DNA of 64,000 nucleotides from Vicugna vicugna (Eukaryota). Below are positions 37,370 to 50,954 of the stretch, one piece after another. The DNA is taken from positions 62,001 through 126,000 of the forward strand of contig MU057744.1 in the NCBI GenBank assembly GCA_013265495.1, written 5' to 3'. The position numbers and the translations under genes are program-made. The stretch's first letter is position 1. Every line of letters begins with the position of its first letter. The notes beneath the pieces are model-generated. The model was given only the letters and a program-made list of their open reading frames with translations, was not told the origin of the DNA and made no database searches.

Positions 37370-38240
37370 GGACCTAAGCGGGGGTGCAAGGCGGGGATGG
37401 CTGCGCGGTCTCGTCTGCAGCTCTGACACCTCTCCCAGGAAGAGGGAGTAGCAGCAGGAACCGGGAACCAGAGGCCAACACCAGGGGGTGGAGGCGAGGT
37501 CGTTCAGGACCAGCCCCCCACCTACCCTTGACCGGGTGCCGGGGGACCTGGACACCGCAGCAGCTGGGAAGCCAAGAACAGAAGGCCTTTAAGCCCTGCA
37601 ACCTGATGCCAAGACCCCGCCGCAGGGCCGCTTTCCTGCGCGCTGCACACCCCTGCCTCCCTCCGGGGCCCAACCGCAGCGACCCCTCCGCGCGCAGCCC
37701 CTCCGCGCGGGGCGCTGGTTCCGTCTTTCCCCTGGAGCACGGGCCACGCGGCCGAGGGACTGCAGGCAGCTCTGCGTTCTCTTTTGCGACCCCGGCTCCT
37801 TAGCAGTTTTTCACGGCCCTTTCTCCTCCTGTAGATTCCTCGAGCCCCGCCCCCACCCCCAAAACACCCGGCATGACACAGATCCGAAAACAGGCTGCAA
37901 GGATGCGAGCGTGCGGGCGGGAAAGACCTCGGAGGGGCCCCTGGCGTCCGCGCGCGGCCGGGGACGGGCCGGGAAGTGATTGTGTTCTGTTCTTTGGGAA
38001 GAGGTGGGTGGAAATGACAGTTTGGAGAGGGTCTGAGCAGGGAGAGCGGTCTCAGGGGAAGCGGCCTCTTCTCTCCAGTTCTAACAGCGCCACCCAGTGG
38101 CTGCGGGAGCCGGCGCGGCGCCTCCGGACGGCCCGCGCTGACCCCGCCGAGAGGGGAGCGGGGGGCTCTGCGGAGGCCACCCGGCTAGCTGCCAGGGGCC
38201 GGCCTTTCGCCTCTCAGCCACACAGCTTTCTCTAGAACGG
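37370..38240. promoter_or_regulatory. Orphan CpG-rich island-like region with ETS and CTCF-like motifs
   Basis: Dense CG dinucleotides; CGGGAAGTG at ~37970; minus-strand GCCACTGGGTGGCGCTG at 38085-38101. Confidence 0.55.
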
Positions 38241-39014
38241 CCTGCAAAGGGTGGGGGGAGATAGCTCCCCAAGGGTACCCATAATAACACCAGTAGAGAC
38301 AGGCGACCAAGTTCACCAGGGTCCTGTGCCGAGCATCATTTAGTCCCCCCGCCCACACACACAGGCATCGCTGGGAGGCGCTGGGACAAAAGTCACAGCC
38401 CCAAGGGAGGCACCGAAGCACAGCTCCAGCCTGAGAGGTGGTCAGTGACCAGACGACGGCTTTCTGGACCATCAGACCCTTGTCTGAGCTCAAAGGAGAG
38501 CTGAGGCTGGAACCGTGCGGTGAGACCCCTCCAGCTAAACTTCCCGCCCGGACACGCGTCTTCGGGCATTTCACTCGTTTCAGTTATGTTTTTTGTTTTT
38601 GTTGTTGTTTTTTCCTCTGCAAATCAAAATCAGTTCCCTTTAGAACTACAAAGGGGTTTTGTCCTAAAAGAGAAATGTAAAGAAACAAAGGACTTTCCCA
38701 GCGGTTGAGTGTTTGGTTCCCTGGGAATGAGGGGCAGGTGGATCCAGGAGCAATAAGAACATCCCCCAGGAGTCCGGGGCGGGTCAAGCCCTGACACGAA
38801 GCTGCTGGCTCTCATTTTTCTGTAAAAGCAGGGGCTAGAGCTGGACCCACGGTTCACAAAATTATGCTCCTCAGCCGCAGGGGAGGGTGCCAGTTTGCTG
38901 GGACTTTGGCCCCCTTCTCCTTCACCAGCACAACTCAGCCTTTATCCACCTTTCATGTTTAACTCTCAGGTAAGATCTTACGTGAACAAAGGCTCTGCAG
39001 GGTCATAGCCACCT

Positions 39015-39722
39015 TTTTCTTTTTTGGAAGTGTATTTGATTCACACTATGTGTTGGTTTCAGGTGTACAGCACAGTGACCCAGGTGTACAGATGTATATT
39101 CTTTTTCATACTCTTTTTCATTACAGGTTTTTTTTTAATTTATTTATTTTTAGGTGGGGAGGGAGGTAATTAGGTTTATTTATTTTTAGAGGAGGTACTG
39201 GGGATTGAACCCAGGACTTTGTGCATCCTGGTGCATGCTAAGCATGCACTCTACTGCTTGAGCTATACCCTCCCCCACTCATTACAGCTTATTATAAAGT
39301 ATTGAATATTGTTCCCTATCCTATACACTAGGACCTTTTTGTTCATCTATTTTATATAGAGTAGTCTGTATCTGCAAATCCTGTACTCCCAATTTATCCC
39401 TCCATCCTCCACCAGCCCCTTTCCCCTCTGGTAACCACGAGCTTGTTTTCTATGTCTGTGAGTCTGTTTCAGTTTTGTAAATAAGTTCATTTGTGTCATT
39501 TTTTTAGATTCCACATAAATGATACCATACGATATTTGTCTTTATCTGACTTACTTCAGTTAGTATGATCATCTCTGTGTCCATCTGTGTTGCTGCAAAT
39601 GGCATTATTTTCTTCTTTTTCATAGCTGAGTAGTATTCCATTGTATACATAGACCACACCTTCTTTATCCAGTCATCTGTCGATGGAAATTTAGATGGCT
39701 TCCATGCCTTGGCTATTATAAA
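39015..39722 (-). mobile_element. Young L1 3' end containing a nested SINE
   Basis: Reverse L1 3'UTR (TAGATTCCACAT...GCTGCAAATGGCATTATTT...CTTTATCCAGTCATCTGTCGATGG). Approximate TSD GTCA(T/C)AGCCAC at 39002-39012 and 39725-39735. Confidence 0.88.
39128..39276 (-). mobile_element. tRNA-Ala-derived camelid SINE inside L1
   Basis: SINE head in reverse. TSD TCATTACAG at 39118-39126 and 39279-39287. Confidence 0.9.
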
Positions 39723-39793
39723 GAGTCACAGCCACTTCTGAGGTGTCAGCCCAGACCGTGACTCTCAGGACAGTCCACCAATCTGCCAGAGCT

Positions 39794-40266
39794 TGTTACC
39801 AAAGGCAAGTTCATGTGCCCGCTGCACCGTGAGGCCAAACTAACTGAAATGTGAGTTTGGACCAAAGAAAGGTTGATTGCAGGCTCGACCAAGGAGGACA
39901 GGGTGGCTTGTGCCCAAGAAAACCTTGAACTCCCTGAAGGGTTTTCAGCAAAGCATATTTAAGGCCAGGTGAGGGAGGAGGGTCGCAGGGTGCGTGATCT
40001 GCTCGTGCACAGTCCTCTGATTGGTTGATGTGGAGGTAACAGGGCGGTCAACACTATTACCCCCTGGGCACCAGAAGTTCTGGGGCGACGTGCTCTCCAT
40101 CATCAAATAGTTAATTTCTTCCTTTTGGTGGTGGTTTTTAGCATCTGAAACACTCAGGAAACACACGTGAAATACTATTATCTGGGCCCTTCACAGAAGG
40201 CTACAGCAGAGGCTGTGGGGGAGGGGTCTGACCCTGGAAGGTCCCACAGGGTCCTGCTCGGTCACA
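39794..40266 (-). mobile_element. Solo ERV1-type LTR
   Basis: TG...CA termini (TGTTACC...GGTCACA) with 4-bp TSD AGCT at 39790-39793 and 40267-40270. The minus strand has CCAATC followed by a TATA-like TTAAATA. Confidence 0.85.
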
Positions 40267-40824
40267 AGCTGAGGCCCGAACACCATGTCTGAACTTCATG
40301 ACTGCAGACTCACAGTCTGCAGACTGCACAGAGGTGGACACTGCCCCAGGTGAACCAGTCGGATCCTCCCTCCCCAGAATTTGCACTTCCAACAGACCGG
40401 ATCCAGGTCAGTCCCTCTTAAAACTGAGGGGCTGTGGAGGCAGCCACCTGGGATCACGAGATGGAGAAGCCCAGAACAGCAATCCTAGCTTTCTGCTCCC
40501 CATGGCCCCCCACACTATGCACCCCTGCAGTAAACTTCCCCTGTTAAAGCTTCAAAACCTCTAGATGAGAGCCTCTGAAAGCTTGTTCCCGGCTCTAAGA
40601 AGCAGTAAGATCAGCCCAGTGCAGTGCACCTCATGTCCCTAGAGCCACGTTCTGATTTTTTTTTTTAAGTGTAGTTTCTAAATAGACTATGTAATCTTAT
40701 GAATTAAAATGTTTACTACAGCAGGCATATAATGACTAAGTAAATATCAACATTATTACCTCTATTATTGATATATTCAAAAGTCATTTATAAATCAATC
40801 GTATTTTTCTATTGCTATAAATTT

Positions 40825-40933
40825 GGGGGCTGGGGAGTAATGCGGTGTATTTTTTAGTGGAGGGACTGGGGATTGAACCCAGGACCTTGTGCATGTAAGC
40901 ACACACTCTACCACTGAGCTATACCCTCTCCTC
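40825..40933 (-). mobile_element. tRNA-Ala-derived camelid SINE
   Basis: Reverse head GGGATTGAACCCAGGACC...CTACCACTGAGCTATACCCTC. TSD TCT(A/G)TTGCTATA(A/G)ATTT at 40808-40824 and 40934-40950. Confidence 0.9.
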
Positions 40934-41949
40934 TCTGTTGCTATAGATTTTAATTTCAAAACATTTTGTTATTCATATCTCCTGGGACTACACCTACCAA
41001 TAACACTTTCTAAAATATATTTGTCCTGAAATATTACATGCAAGGACTTCGGCATCTGTCAATATGCTAGTTCATTCATTCATCCATTTTCTTAGATGCT
41101 CTGAGATTTGCCAAAGAAATAGAGGGCAAAATCCCTTCACTAGGAGCTTACAGGGTAGAATTTGAAGAAACCTAAATTAGGTTTTCTTACGTTAGAGAAG
41201 ACCTGAGCTTTCCTCCACGACAGGTCAAAGAGTCGCATGTCGTCAATTGGAGAAAAAGCCTTCAGGGTATTTGTCAATTTCCGGCTCATGACCTAATAGT
41301 GGACCCTGAAATCCATCTAGTGGATCAGAACCAGCAATTTAGCTTGTTTGTTTGTTTTTTAATTAGAGTGTGTCACATGCAGGAGGGCTAAGTGTTGGCC
41401 GTGAATCCTGATTTCAGTTATAGAAACGTGTGTGCAGGGTGAAGACGTCAAATGCACATCTCACGGTGGGGAGGGGTCTCCATCAAAGCCATCTATCCAG
41501 CTGCTCCCCGCTCCTCACTCCTCAGCACAACCCAGCACGTTCCGGGGTGCACCCCAGGGCACCTCCACCCCGTTCCACTCGCCCAGGAGACCGGCAGCCT
41601 TGCAGGAATTTCCAAGGCTGACCCAGTCCTCAGAGTGCCACCCCAGCCCTTGGTCAGGACCGGCACGCTGGATCCCAGTCTTTGGTTTCACTTGTGGTTT
41701 TGAGGAGATGAGGGGCAGGCGGCTGGTGGGATCAGCAGAGTCCAGGAAGCCAGGCTCGAAACTCCTGGTCACTTCTGGTCGTGCTGGTCCTGAGCACAGC
41801 TGGTGAGAGCTGCCCAGCAGCTGATCCTCGTCTAGGTACAGGGGTCCTCGCCCGTCCTTCACTGAACCCCTGGCATTACAGGGATGTCTCCGAAAGCCAC
41901 GGCCACATCCAGGCAATAGCAGAAAACCTAACTGAAGAGTGATGTTTTT

Positions 41950-42128
41950 ACAAGGTTCTGCTGTGCAGCACAAGGAAATATGTTCCATATCCTGTAATCA
42001 CCTATAATGATAAAGGTGCACCGCACGGTGCATACATATATGCACAACTGAACCCCCGTGCTATCCACCAGAAACTAACACACCATTGCAAATCGACTCT
42101 ACTTCAAAAAATAGTAATAATAATAAAA
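41950..42128 (+). mobile_element. Short L1 3' end
   Basis: ACAAGGTTCTGCTGTGCAGCACAAGGAAATAT...CACCAGAAACTAACACACCATTGCAAATCGACTCTACTTCAAAAAA. Confidence 0.75.
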
Positions 42129-42232
42129 GAGAAGTGGTATTTTTGTTTATGAGACCCCACATTCACCTGACTTTGTTCTTCGCTGACAGGGCCGAGCCCC
42201 AGGGCCGTTTAGGATGCGGAACAGGGCGCACT

Positions 42233-42370
42233 CTTGCTACTCCAAGCGTATAACTGGGCGCTCACCTTGTTAGAAGGAGCATCTCAAGCTCTCACCCGAC
42301 CTGACGAATAAGAAGCTGCATTTTAACAGGGCTGAGAGGTCTGTGCGTGTGGTCCAAGTGCAAGGGGCTC
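42233..42370. mobile_element. MER5-like hAT fragment
   Basis: CTTGTTAGAAGGAGCATCTCAAGCTCTCACCCGACCTGACGAATAAGAAGCTGCATTTTAACAG resembles MER5A/B. Confidence 0.5.
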
Positions 42371-43035
42371 TGATTCAGAAGCCCTGGTCCACCCACAGGC
42401 CCCGGCTTCCACAGAGCTGTCATCGACAGGGTGAGAGTGTCCGTGTGAGCTTGGTCCTCGCCGGGCAGGCACCGTCTTTCACGCTGGCGTTCCTCACTTC
42501 CTGCCACTTTTCAGGCACAAAATGTGCTTTGCTTGAGGGAGTGAGAGCAATTGGGACTGCAGATGCTGTCCTGTTTTGTGTGGCATGTGTTCAGTAGGCA
42601 AAAATAAAACCTGGTTACCTAGGCCTGCCTGGTGGCCATTGTTTTTTCTAGCCTGTGAACCCAAAAGCCGGAAAACAATTTGTTAAAAAAAAAAAAAAGA
42701 AGAAGCTGGAAGTGGGGCTTGCTGATTTCTGTGCCACCTAAAGCAAAACCGGAAAGCGGTGTCTGTCCCACCTTAAGACTGGAGATACAGCCGGGCTTGC
42801 CTATGGTGCGTAGTTTGGGAAACGCCAGCCAAGGGGCACTCCCTCTGTAAGGAGCACGGTACGTTGCTCAGAAACAGACCCAGGAAGGCAGCAGGCCTGC
42901 TTGCATGTGGCCTTCCAGATTCCAGAGCCCAGCAGAGTCAGCCCCAAACCAGGCTTGCCCACCCCCTCATCCACCCCCAGGCCCCCACACATCCAGCAAC
43001 CCAGCAGCTCGCTGTGAGAGGCTGTGTGCTTCACA

Positions 43036-43858
43036 CAGTAAATGCTGGAGAGGCTGTGGGGAAAAGGGAACCCTCTTACACGGCTGGTGGGAATGCAGTT
43101 TGGTGCAGCCACTATGGAAAACGGTACGGAGATTCCTCAAAAGACTAAAAATAGACTTACCACATGACCCAGCAATCCCACTCCTGGGCAAATATCCAGA
43201 GGGAACTTTAACTTGAAAATATACGTGCACCCTCAGTGTCCATAGCAGCACTATTTACAGTAGCCAAGACATGGAAACAACCTAAATGTCCATCAATCAT
43301 TGAAAGGTGACTGGATGAAGAAGTTGTGGTGTGTATATACACAATGGGCTACTATTCAGCTATAAAGAAAGAATGAAATAATGCCATTTGTGGCAACATA
43401 GATAGACCTGGAGATCGTCATACTAAATGAAGTCAGTCAGACAGAGAAAGACAAATATCACATGATATCAACTATATGTGGAATCTAAGAGGAAAAAATG
43501 ACACAAATGAACTTACTTATGAAACAGAGACAGACTCCCAGACATAGAAAACAAACTTACGGCTACCAGGGGGGAAGGGGGTGGGAAGGGCTAAATTGGG
43601 AGTTTGGGATTAGCAGATACTGAGTACCATATATAAAACAGATAAACAACAAAGTCCTGCTGCCTAGCACAGGGAACTATATTCAGTATCTTGTAGTAAC
43701 CTATGGTGAAACAGAAAACAAAAATGAATATATGTGTGTACATGTATGACTGAACTATTATGTCATACAGCAGAAAATGGTACAACATTGTAAACTGACC
43801 ATATTTCAATAAAAAAATTAATAAATAAAAATTTTTTAATTTTTTAAATTAAAAAAAA
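43036..43858 (+). mobile_element. Young L1: ORF2 C-terminus, 3'UTR and poly(A)
   Basis: Encodes [49 protein letters not shown] (L1 ORF2 Cys-rich C-terminal domain); ends AATAAAAAAATTAATAAATAAAAA. Confidence 0.93.
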
Positions 43859-46041
43859 TTGTTAAGAGACCATGTGCTTGCAAAACTAGCCCCTTTAGCC
43901 AAAGCAAACTGGACACGAAGTCTTATAAAATCGGCGCCAGCATTTCAACCCGCTTCAGAATTGTCAGCAACGCCTTCACGGCTGGAGACCCGAACGTATC
44001 GAGGCTTGTTTCCTCTCTCCCAAAAGCTGGAGGGCCTGTTGTGAGCAGGCACTAGGCAGAAGGTGAGGAAATCACGCCGTGCGGCAAACCGGGGTGACTT
44101 TGCTGAAGGAAGGGACCACTGGGAGTGAGTCCAAACAGGGGCCTGACATGGGCAGAATCAGGGAAGGCCGGGTGTTGCGGGGTGGGACCCTGCGGAGGGC
44201 GGGAGCAGCCACCACCCCCCCCCACCCCGTTCTGGGCCCTTGAAACCCGTCTCCCTGCAGAGGCTCAAGCCCTCTGGGCCTGACCAGGCCGGCAGGCCCG
44301 CCCTGCCCCGCGTCCTGGGATTCTCAGCATTCCAAAGCCCCTGCAAATAACAAAGGTAGTGTTTGTGGCATTTCAGAACAAGCTTGGAAACTTTTAAATG
44401 TCAACATGAATGATGTGGAAAGACTTGTGGGAGAAGCGAAGAGGCAGAGCCAGCGGGGGGCGCTGGTGAGCACGGCTGCGGGGCTCGGTCGCCTTTTCAG
44501 AAGAGGGATTCTCAGAAGCAGAAAACCACCTCGAGCTGCCACGAGGGCCAGCGGTACAGCAAAAATGAGGAGATTTACGTGGTCCCAGCAGGGAGAGCCG
44601 GGCGCGTGTCACTGATTTATAGAGGACCTACTGTCTGAGGAGGAGCCTCTGGTTTGCATGGGGATGCGGGCAAGCAAGGAGCCGGTCCCCCCGGCCAGCT
44701 CAGGCCCGCTCTGAGGACACAAGCCATCTTGCTCGGAGTAGGAGGCCCTGTGACCTCACACCCAAGGCCAGACTTGTCATTCGACGGGCAAGGGACACTG
44801 GCCTCTCAAGGCCCTTTATCACCTGGACCACGAGGGTGACCTCGGGCGGTCCAAGAGGGGGCAGGAGGCAGGGACCCTGAGCACCCGAAAGGCTTCCTCC
44901 TGCTCCCTTCTGGTCCATCATGCCCAGAACAGACGGAGAGGAGTGAGGAGGTCGCCCACCCTGGGTCCAGCCCCCCACCTCTACCCCAACCCTACACCTT
45001 GGTTTCTTAGGGAATCCCACCCCTTCCCAAGAGCTCACCACAGGTACTGCTGGGCGCTTAGAGGTACAGGGCCCCGGTCTTAAAAGACCCCCTGCCACAC
45101 TCTGGCAAATGCAAGGAAATCCGCCCCTTGCCCCCCAAGTGCTCTGTACCTGGGGGACAGCCTCCACGTGTCATTCATTTATGAGACCCCGGATCCACAC
45201 AGGGTCCAGGCCAGGCCAGCCCGTAGCAAGAATCCTGCTGACGGAGGCCTGGGTGCACATCAGCAAAGCTGCTCCCTCGGGGACCAGGGCGCTGAGGACG
45301 GGGATGTAGGGGGCGGAGCTGTGGGGCCCAGTGGAAGGTCCTGATGGGCAAAGGGAGGATGAAGATGCTGACAGCCATGGGGATCCCAGGAAGACTTGGA
45401 CCCACAGACCCCCACCACACACCCCGGGAGGCAGAGTGGACCCTCTGCCACGTCTGTTCCCTTGCCTGAGGATGGACTCCCAGAGCCGGTCCAACGGGAC
45501 CGTCATCAGTGCCGAGAGGGTCTTCACGCTCCCACCACGCTGACGGCGTCCCTGTGGCCTCTCCTCTGTGGCCCTGGCTCCTGCCCAGCTTCACGAGGGA
45601 GGCAGCTTCCCGCACAGGTGGGTGCACCCTGAGCCCACACCTGATTGGAGCCAGGCTGCTCAGGACCCCTGCCCACAATTCTGATTTGCTGATGTCCCTC
45701 CCTCCCTAAAGGACCAACGTGCAACATGCGGACGTGGCGCTGTCCGCAGTCCCGCCTTCCTCCTGGGAGACTGGGGGGACCAAGCGGTCTTTTTGCAGAG
45801 AGAGACCAGAACAAAGCGGGACAAGCTTAATAGCCGAGAGAGCGAAAGAAAGAGAATAGACATTAACACAGACACGCCTAACCACCCCCCCCTTTTCTGT
45901 GGGTCAGCCGTTTTCCAAAGGAACCTCTTTTTCTAAAGTTAGCCCTGTTTGAGTGTTGATCTTTGCGATGAAAGACCCAGACTGGCCATGCATGCTATCA
46001 CCTCGAATTCCCATAATGCAGACGCACGTGTCTTGAGGAAG

Positions 46042-46517
46042 TGTGAGAGGGAGGAACAAATCTGACTCCACAGTAGATGCTTCTTCTACTTTAACCTTGT
46101 TCTTCTGTTGCTTTTGTACAAGTTAGTCACTAAAGGGACGTTGCCTATAAGCTTAAATTGTAAATAATGGCCCATCACTGGGAACCCCGCCTCCCAGGTA
46201 ATGAGCGTTAAGCTAAAATACCTTTGTTGGCTCACAGGAAACTCCTGCCCAGGCCCACCTGTGAGTGACTGCAGGAAGGAGGAAATTCACACACCCCCTC
46301 TGGAGTCGGACCGGAACCAGGAAATGTTTGACTTCCCTCCCTCCCCTTTTAGTATAAAGGAAGCCTGAATTCTAACTCAGGCAAGACGGTTATTTGGGAC
46401 GCTAGTCCGCCATCCTCTCGGTCTGCTGGCTTTCTGGACAAAGTCACTATTCCTTGTCCCAACAACTCGTTCCTGGATTTACTGGCCTGTCATCCGGCAA
46501 GCTTGGACTCGGTCACA
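46042..46517 (+). mobile_element. Solo ERV1-type LTR (MER34/MER39-like)
   Basis: TG...CA termini with 4-bp TSD GAAG at 46038-46041 and 46518-46521; TATAAA at ~46353. Confidence 0.85.
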
Positions 46518-47110
46518 GAAGCAAGGGAGGAGAACGGACCTGAGTGACAGTGGCCCCTCGCTGTCCAGAGCCCACACCGCGCCTGCAACACAGGAAAACA
46601 CTCCGCCGCATCGTGATCACCCTCAGATCTCCCTTGTTCCTTCCTTAACTCCTTGTTCACATGTCTCACCTGGTCCGGAGCACATGTGATTATAAACATC
46701 TGCTTTTATTCCGTGTCTCCTGCTGGACCGTGAGCTCTGTATAGGAGTCCACTTGCTGAGCAGTCTTTGCATCTTTTGCACTGTCTCGTGCCCTCACTCG
46801 ATGTTTGTTGAGTGACTAAAAGAATGAATGATGTCCATGAGTATGGAGGTCTACTAATACGTGCTCAGGAAAGTAAATCGGTGTTGACGGTGATGAAAAC
46901 AGTGAGCAGAGGAAAGGCTAGGACATTGCAGTACCTAAATGGGCCACTGGGTGGCACCCAAGCACACCAAGAAGCAGCTCCTGAGCCAGGCAGGAGGGTG
47001 TGCTTTTCGGTTGAGGGGTTATAAGGAAGACTGCAGCAGTTGATCTATAAGGTCCCCTTGGCTGAATGTCTGCAGTCTTGCACAGATAAGCCAGTCTCAT
47101 CAGGACACAC

Positions 47111-47462
47111 TGTGTTAGTCAGAGTTCTCCAGAGACAAAGAACCAATAGGCTGGATATAGAAATAAACTTATTATAAGACATTGGCTCATGTAATCACAG
47201 AGGCTGACAAATCCAAAATCTGCAGTGTGGGTTGGCAGGCTGGAGACCCGTGTCTGCTGATGGTGCAGATAAATTTCAAAGGTCATCTGCTGGGAAGTCC
47301 CTCTTTGCTTAGGGAGTCAGGTTTTAATCCAGGCCTTCAACTGATTGCGTGAGGCCCACCCACAGTGGGAGAGAAATCTACCTTACATCAAAGTTCACCA
47401 ATTTAAGTGCTAATCTCATCCAAGAAACACCCTCCAATTGGCACATAAAATGAATCACCACA
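47111..47462 (-). mobile_element. MLT2 (ERVL) LTR
   Basis: TGTGTTAGTCAGAGTTCTCCAGAGACAAAGAACCAATAGG...GGCACATAAAATGAATCACCACA; 5-bp TSD CACAC. Confidence 0.85.
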
Positions 47463-50400
47463 CACACCCTCTGAGCTGTTGGTCCAGAGGGGCTGTGATC
47501 TTGCATGGATACCTGTTTCTCTCTGACTCTCTCTCCCCCCCTCTCTCGTCCTCTCTTACTAGCCCTGTAAGAAGTGCAACATCCTAGAAAAGACCCGTTT
47601 TCTTCCCCAAAATCCAAAGGTTAGACTGATCAGTGTGTGCTTCCCACATGCACCCCCCAGAAGGCAATGCAGGACGTGTGACCCATGACAGTGGTTATGA
47701 GCTGACTTTCTGGGGGTGCTTTCCTGACCTGTGCGACTTCAGTATACTGTCTGAAGAATTGTAGACAGTGTTTGAAAGTTAGCTGATAATCCCTAAAAGC
47801 CTGTGAATTGATTGTAAATAATTTAATTGGAGATGAGTAAATCAAAAGACAAAGGGGAATCTCACAGCTGATCGCAGCTGAAGTCAGAGAGGAAAGCATT
47901 CTTAGCTGATTCACTAACTGGAGTCACGTTCTCTTCCGTTGTCCGCTGGAAACATTTGCTTGTTTGAAGGAAGCCTCCTGGGTTCGGTATCATCGTTACA
48001 ACTTCTTCCTGAAGGAGAGTCTTGGATGGAAACCCAGACCTAGCAGTTTCATAAATGACCCCTTATGAAGTAAGGCACAAACTTGCTTTAGCTGCTAAAT
48101 TAGTTTTTTTCGCTGGAAAACTGCAAATGCTTCCGCCATCAGTAAAATCACTCATCATTCTTCCGTGCTGGTGTTTTTAAACAACTGTTCTCAGGAAAGA
48201 AACCTTAAATCAGTGTTTATACATTGTCAGCACAATGAAAGATCTTTTGTTTAAAGCGAAGTTTGTCCGTTTATAACGGACCCACAAAAACTACTGGGGG
48301 GAAAATGTGTTTAATTGTATGAGACACACTCTACTTTGCAATCCAATTTTAAAAACAAGGCTTCTAACTATATAATGTGAGTAGTGACCTAGTGGGGTTT
48401 CTGTCTTGGAATAAAGTCCTTGTGGTCTGTCCCTTGGTTCCCCTGGGGAGGACCAGGGCAGTGGAGAAAAAGTTCTGTATAGAGGGGATGTCTCTCTACC
48501 ACAACACACAACCTAGACATATTCCGACAGGAATAACACGAAAGAGAGACTCAACAGATTGCACAGGGACGGTTACAAATCCTTCCCTTTCCACAGTCAA
48601 ATTATTCGCCTAGCTGGCTTTCCCAGGGGGGAAAAAAAACCCTGGCAATTTAAAAATTGCAAATAGGACAAACCTAGCAAAGAAAATATCCCAAGCATGA
48701 GTCAGGTCAAAGGGTGTCCCTCTCTCCCCTGCGTTTGGGGACTGACCATCCTCCGTAGCTACTTTGTGAGCTGGAAGCCCAGTGATGAGAAGGGGTCCCC
48801 CTGTCAGCATCTTCTCTTCACAAAGCAGCTGTGGCATCTGTCCACGAGGCCCCGCAGGGCCCGTCCCTCCTCACATCTGCAGCTGCTGGTGGCCCTGGCT
48901 CGGCTCCCACTCGGTCCACAAACACGCCCGGGAGAACTGGGGATAGAAGGGCTGGCGCCACGGCCGCCCACAGCGAATGACAGCCCCTCCTCCAGTTGTC
49001 AACACGGGGAAGAGATGGACGGGGAATCCTCGGGATCTGTGAAAAACTCTGGGGTCTGGGAAGAAAAGCTCTGAAACCGTTTTGATGCAAGACACTGTGA
49101 AATGGGGTTGAGGCAAGCCAATTCTACCTTCCCTCCCACCGTGTCATGCACATTCTTTGGAGTCACTGGAAACGTGGGTGTCCGATGCAGCTCATCCCCT
49201 TTCCAAGGGTCCAGGCAGGGCAGGTGACTCTAAAGGAGAAACGGGACTAAAATGCCAGTCTCTGGACCCTTTGCTTCTGGCTGACCCTCCGAGGACAGTG
49301 GATTTTTAGTCTCTAGCTTTAAGGTTAACCACCTCCCTCCAAGAGCATGGTGAAATGTCATCACAGCACTGGTCCAAGCCCTGGATGAACTGATGGTTTC
49401 CAATTAGACATAGGGAGAAAGGTCAACAGGCCATATCATGGCTCTAGGCAGAGACAGGGGACAAGGACTCATCTCAGGGGCATGAGAAAAAAGGGGAAGA
49501 TTGCCCACAAAAGACAAAAAGCGAAACTGTAAGAAATGTTGATGGAGAGAGAAAACAGCAGAAGAGGATAGCTTAAACTGAGCACTGGACTCTTAGGAAA
49601 GTTTCATCATCAGAGTTGTTGATCCTAACTTACTGTTTAATCCTGACAAGTTACCATTTGGGTACTAGGCTTCCCCTTTTGCCTTGGCTGCCAGGAAACT
49701 CGGAGCTAAATTCTGGGTCCAATTAGAGCAGCTTTCCTTAGCGTAAGCTTCCTCTTTCCTGTGTTATTGCAGGTCTTTTCTGGAAGTAGGTGAGGCGACA
49801 GCACATGGGACTTTCAGGCTATGCCCCATCTATTCCCTTCTATTGTTAACTGGACGTCAAATTGCCTCTAGAAAGCTGTCTCCTTCTCTGAGCCTTGGGG
49901 ACGCGAACCTATCGGTTGCTCCACCTTTCTGGCCCCAGCATTGGTTTCTAGGTGGGTGTCTGAGCCAAGGAGATGTAAAGGATGTTTTGCCAGGAATCAT
50001 GGGTTAGAAATCGTTCCCACTAGACTTGAAGTTGGAAAGATGCAAGTCTAAAGCCACGGCAGCTGTGTTGTGACCACCAGGGAAACATCTGCCTGAAAGT
50101 AGAGCCAAATCGATGACGAGAGAGGCCCCTAGACTCAGCAGGACCCAAAGCCCGCCCCGCCTGTGAAGCCACACATTCATTCCCCGTGCGCTCCAGTTTC
50201 ACCTGGACTTGTTACTGGTCCCAGCTGATACAGCAGGTAGACATAAAAAGCCATACTTTGTCCCTGGAGAATACGATGCAGTGATGGCAGAAATTTGGAA
50301 AAAATACAGCAAGGTATAAGTAAGAAAAAAGTCACCCCAAATCCCATAACCTAGAGATAATGAGAAAACGGACCATTCCCCACATTTACTTTGAAGACAA

Positions 50401-50954
50401 GGGGAGAAACCCACCACCCCTGGGCACCTTCCAGCGTGTTGGTTGCACAAAATACTGACACTGCCTGGAGTTATATCCCACTTCAGCCGCACCGAGGGGA
50501 GCTTTTCGTCCATTTCTGTTTAGCTTCGAGGGGTGGTTCTAGCAGGCTTTTGACTTGGGTTTAAGGAATCTTTTCCCCTTCCAAGTCCGAAAGCCATAAA
50601 TTGGTGCTACTCGAAACCAGAGGCACAGTGTCAGAGATTCTCCCGACTCTGGGCTTGGCTCAGCAGCAGACGCCTTTCGCTACAACAGCTGAGCTGATGG
50701 AGAGCTGCCTGGCTCCGAGCAGCAGCTGCCTCTGCAGGCCAGCTCCGCATCTTCAGAAGCCACTCGGAGGCAGCGCTGAGACCACCAAGATGCGATGCTT
50801 CGTTGCATGGTCCTGGGAGGTAAACTGAGTTCTCTGGAGCTCCGGAGCTCCGGGACCCTCGCCAGCAGTCCCCAGCCCACTAGGTCGTTTTTGAATCAAC
50901 AGCACCGTCAAAGTTTTGCAGAAACTAGTGTCCCACTAAAGCTCAAAGGATGCT

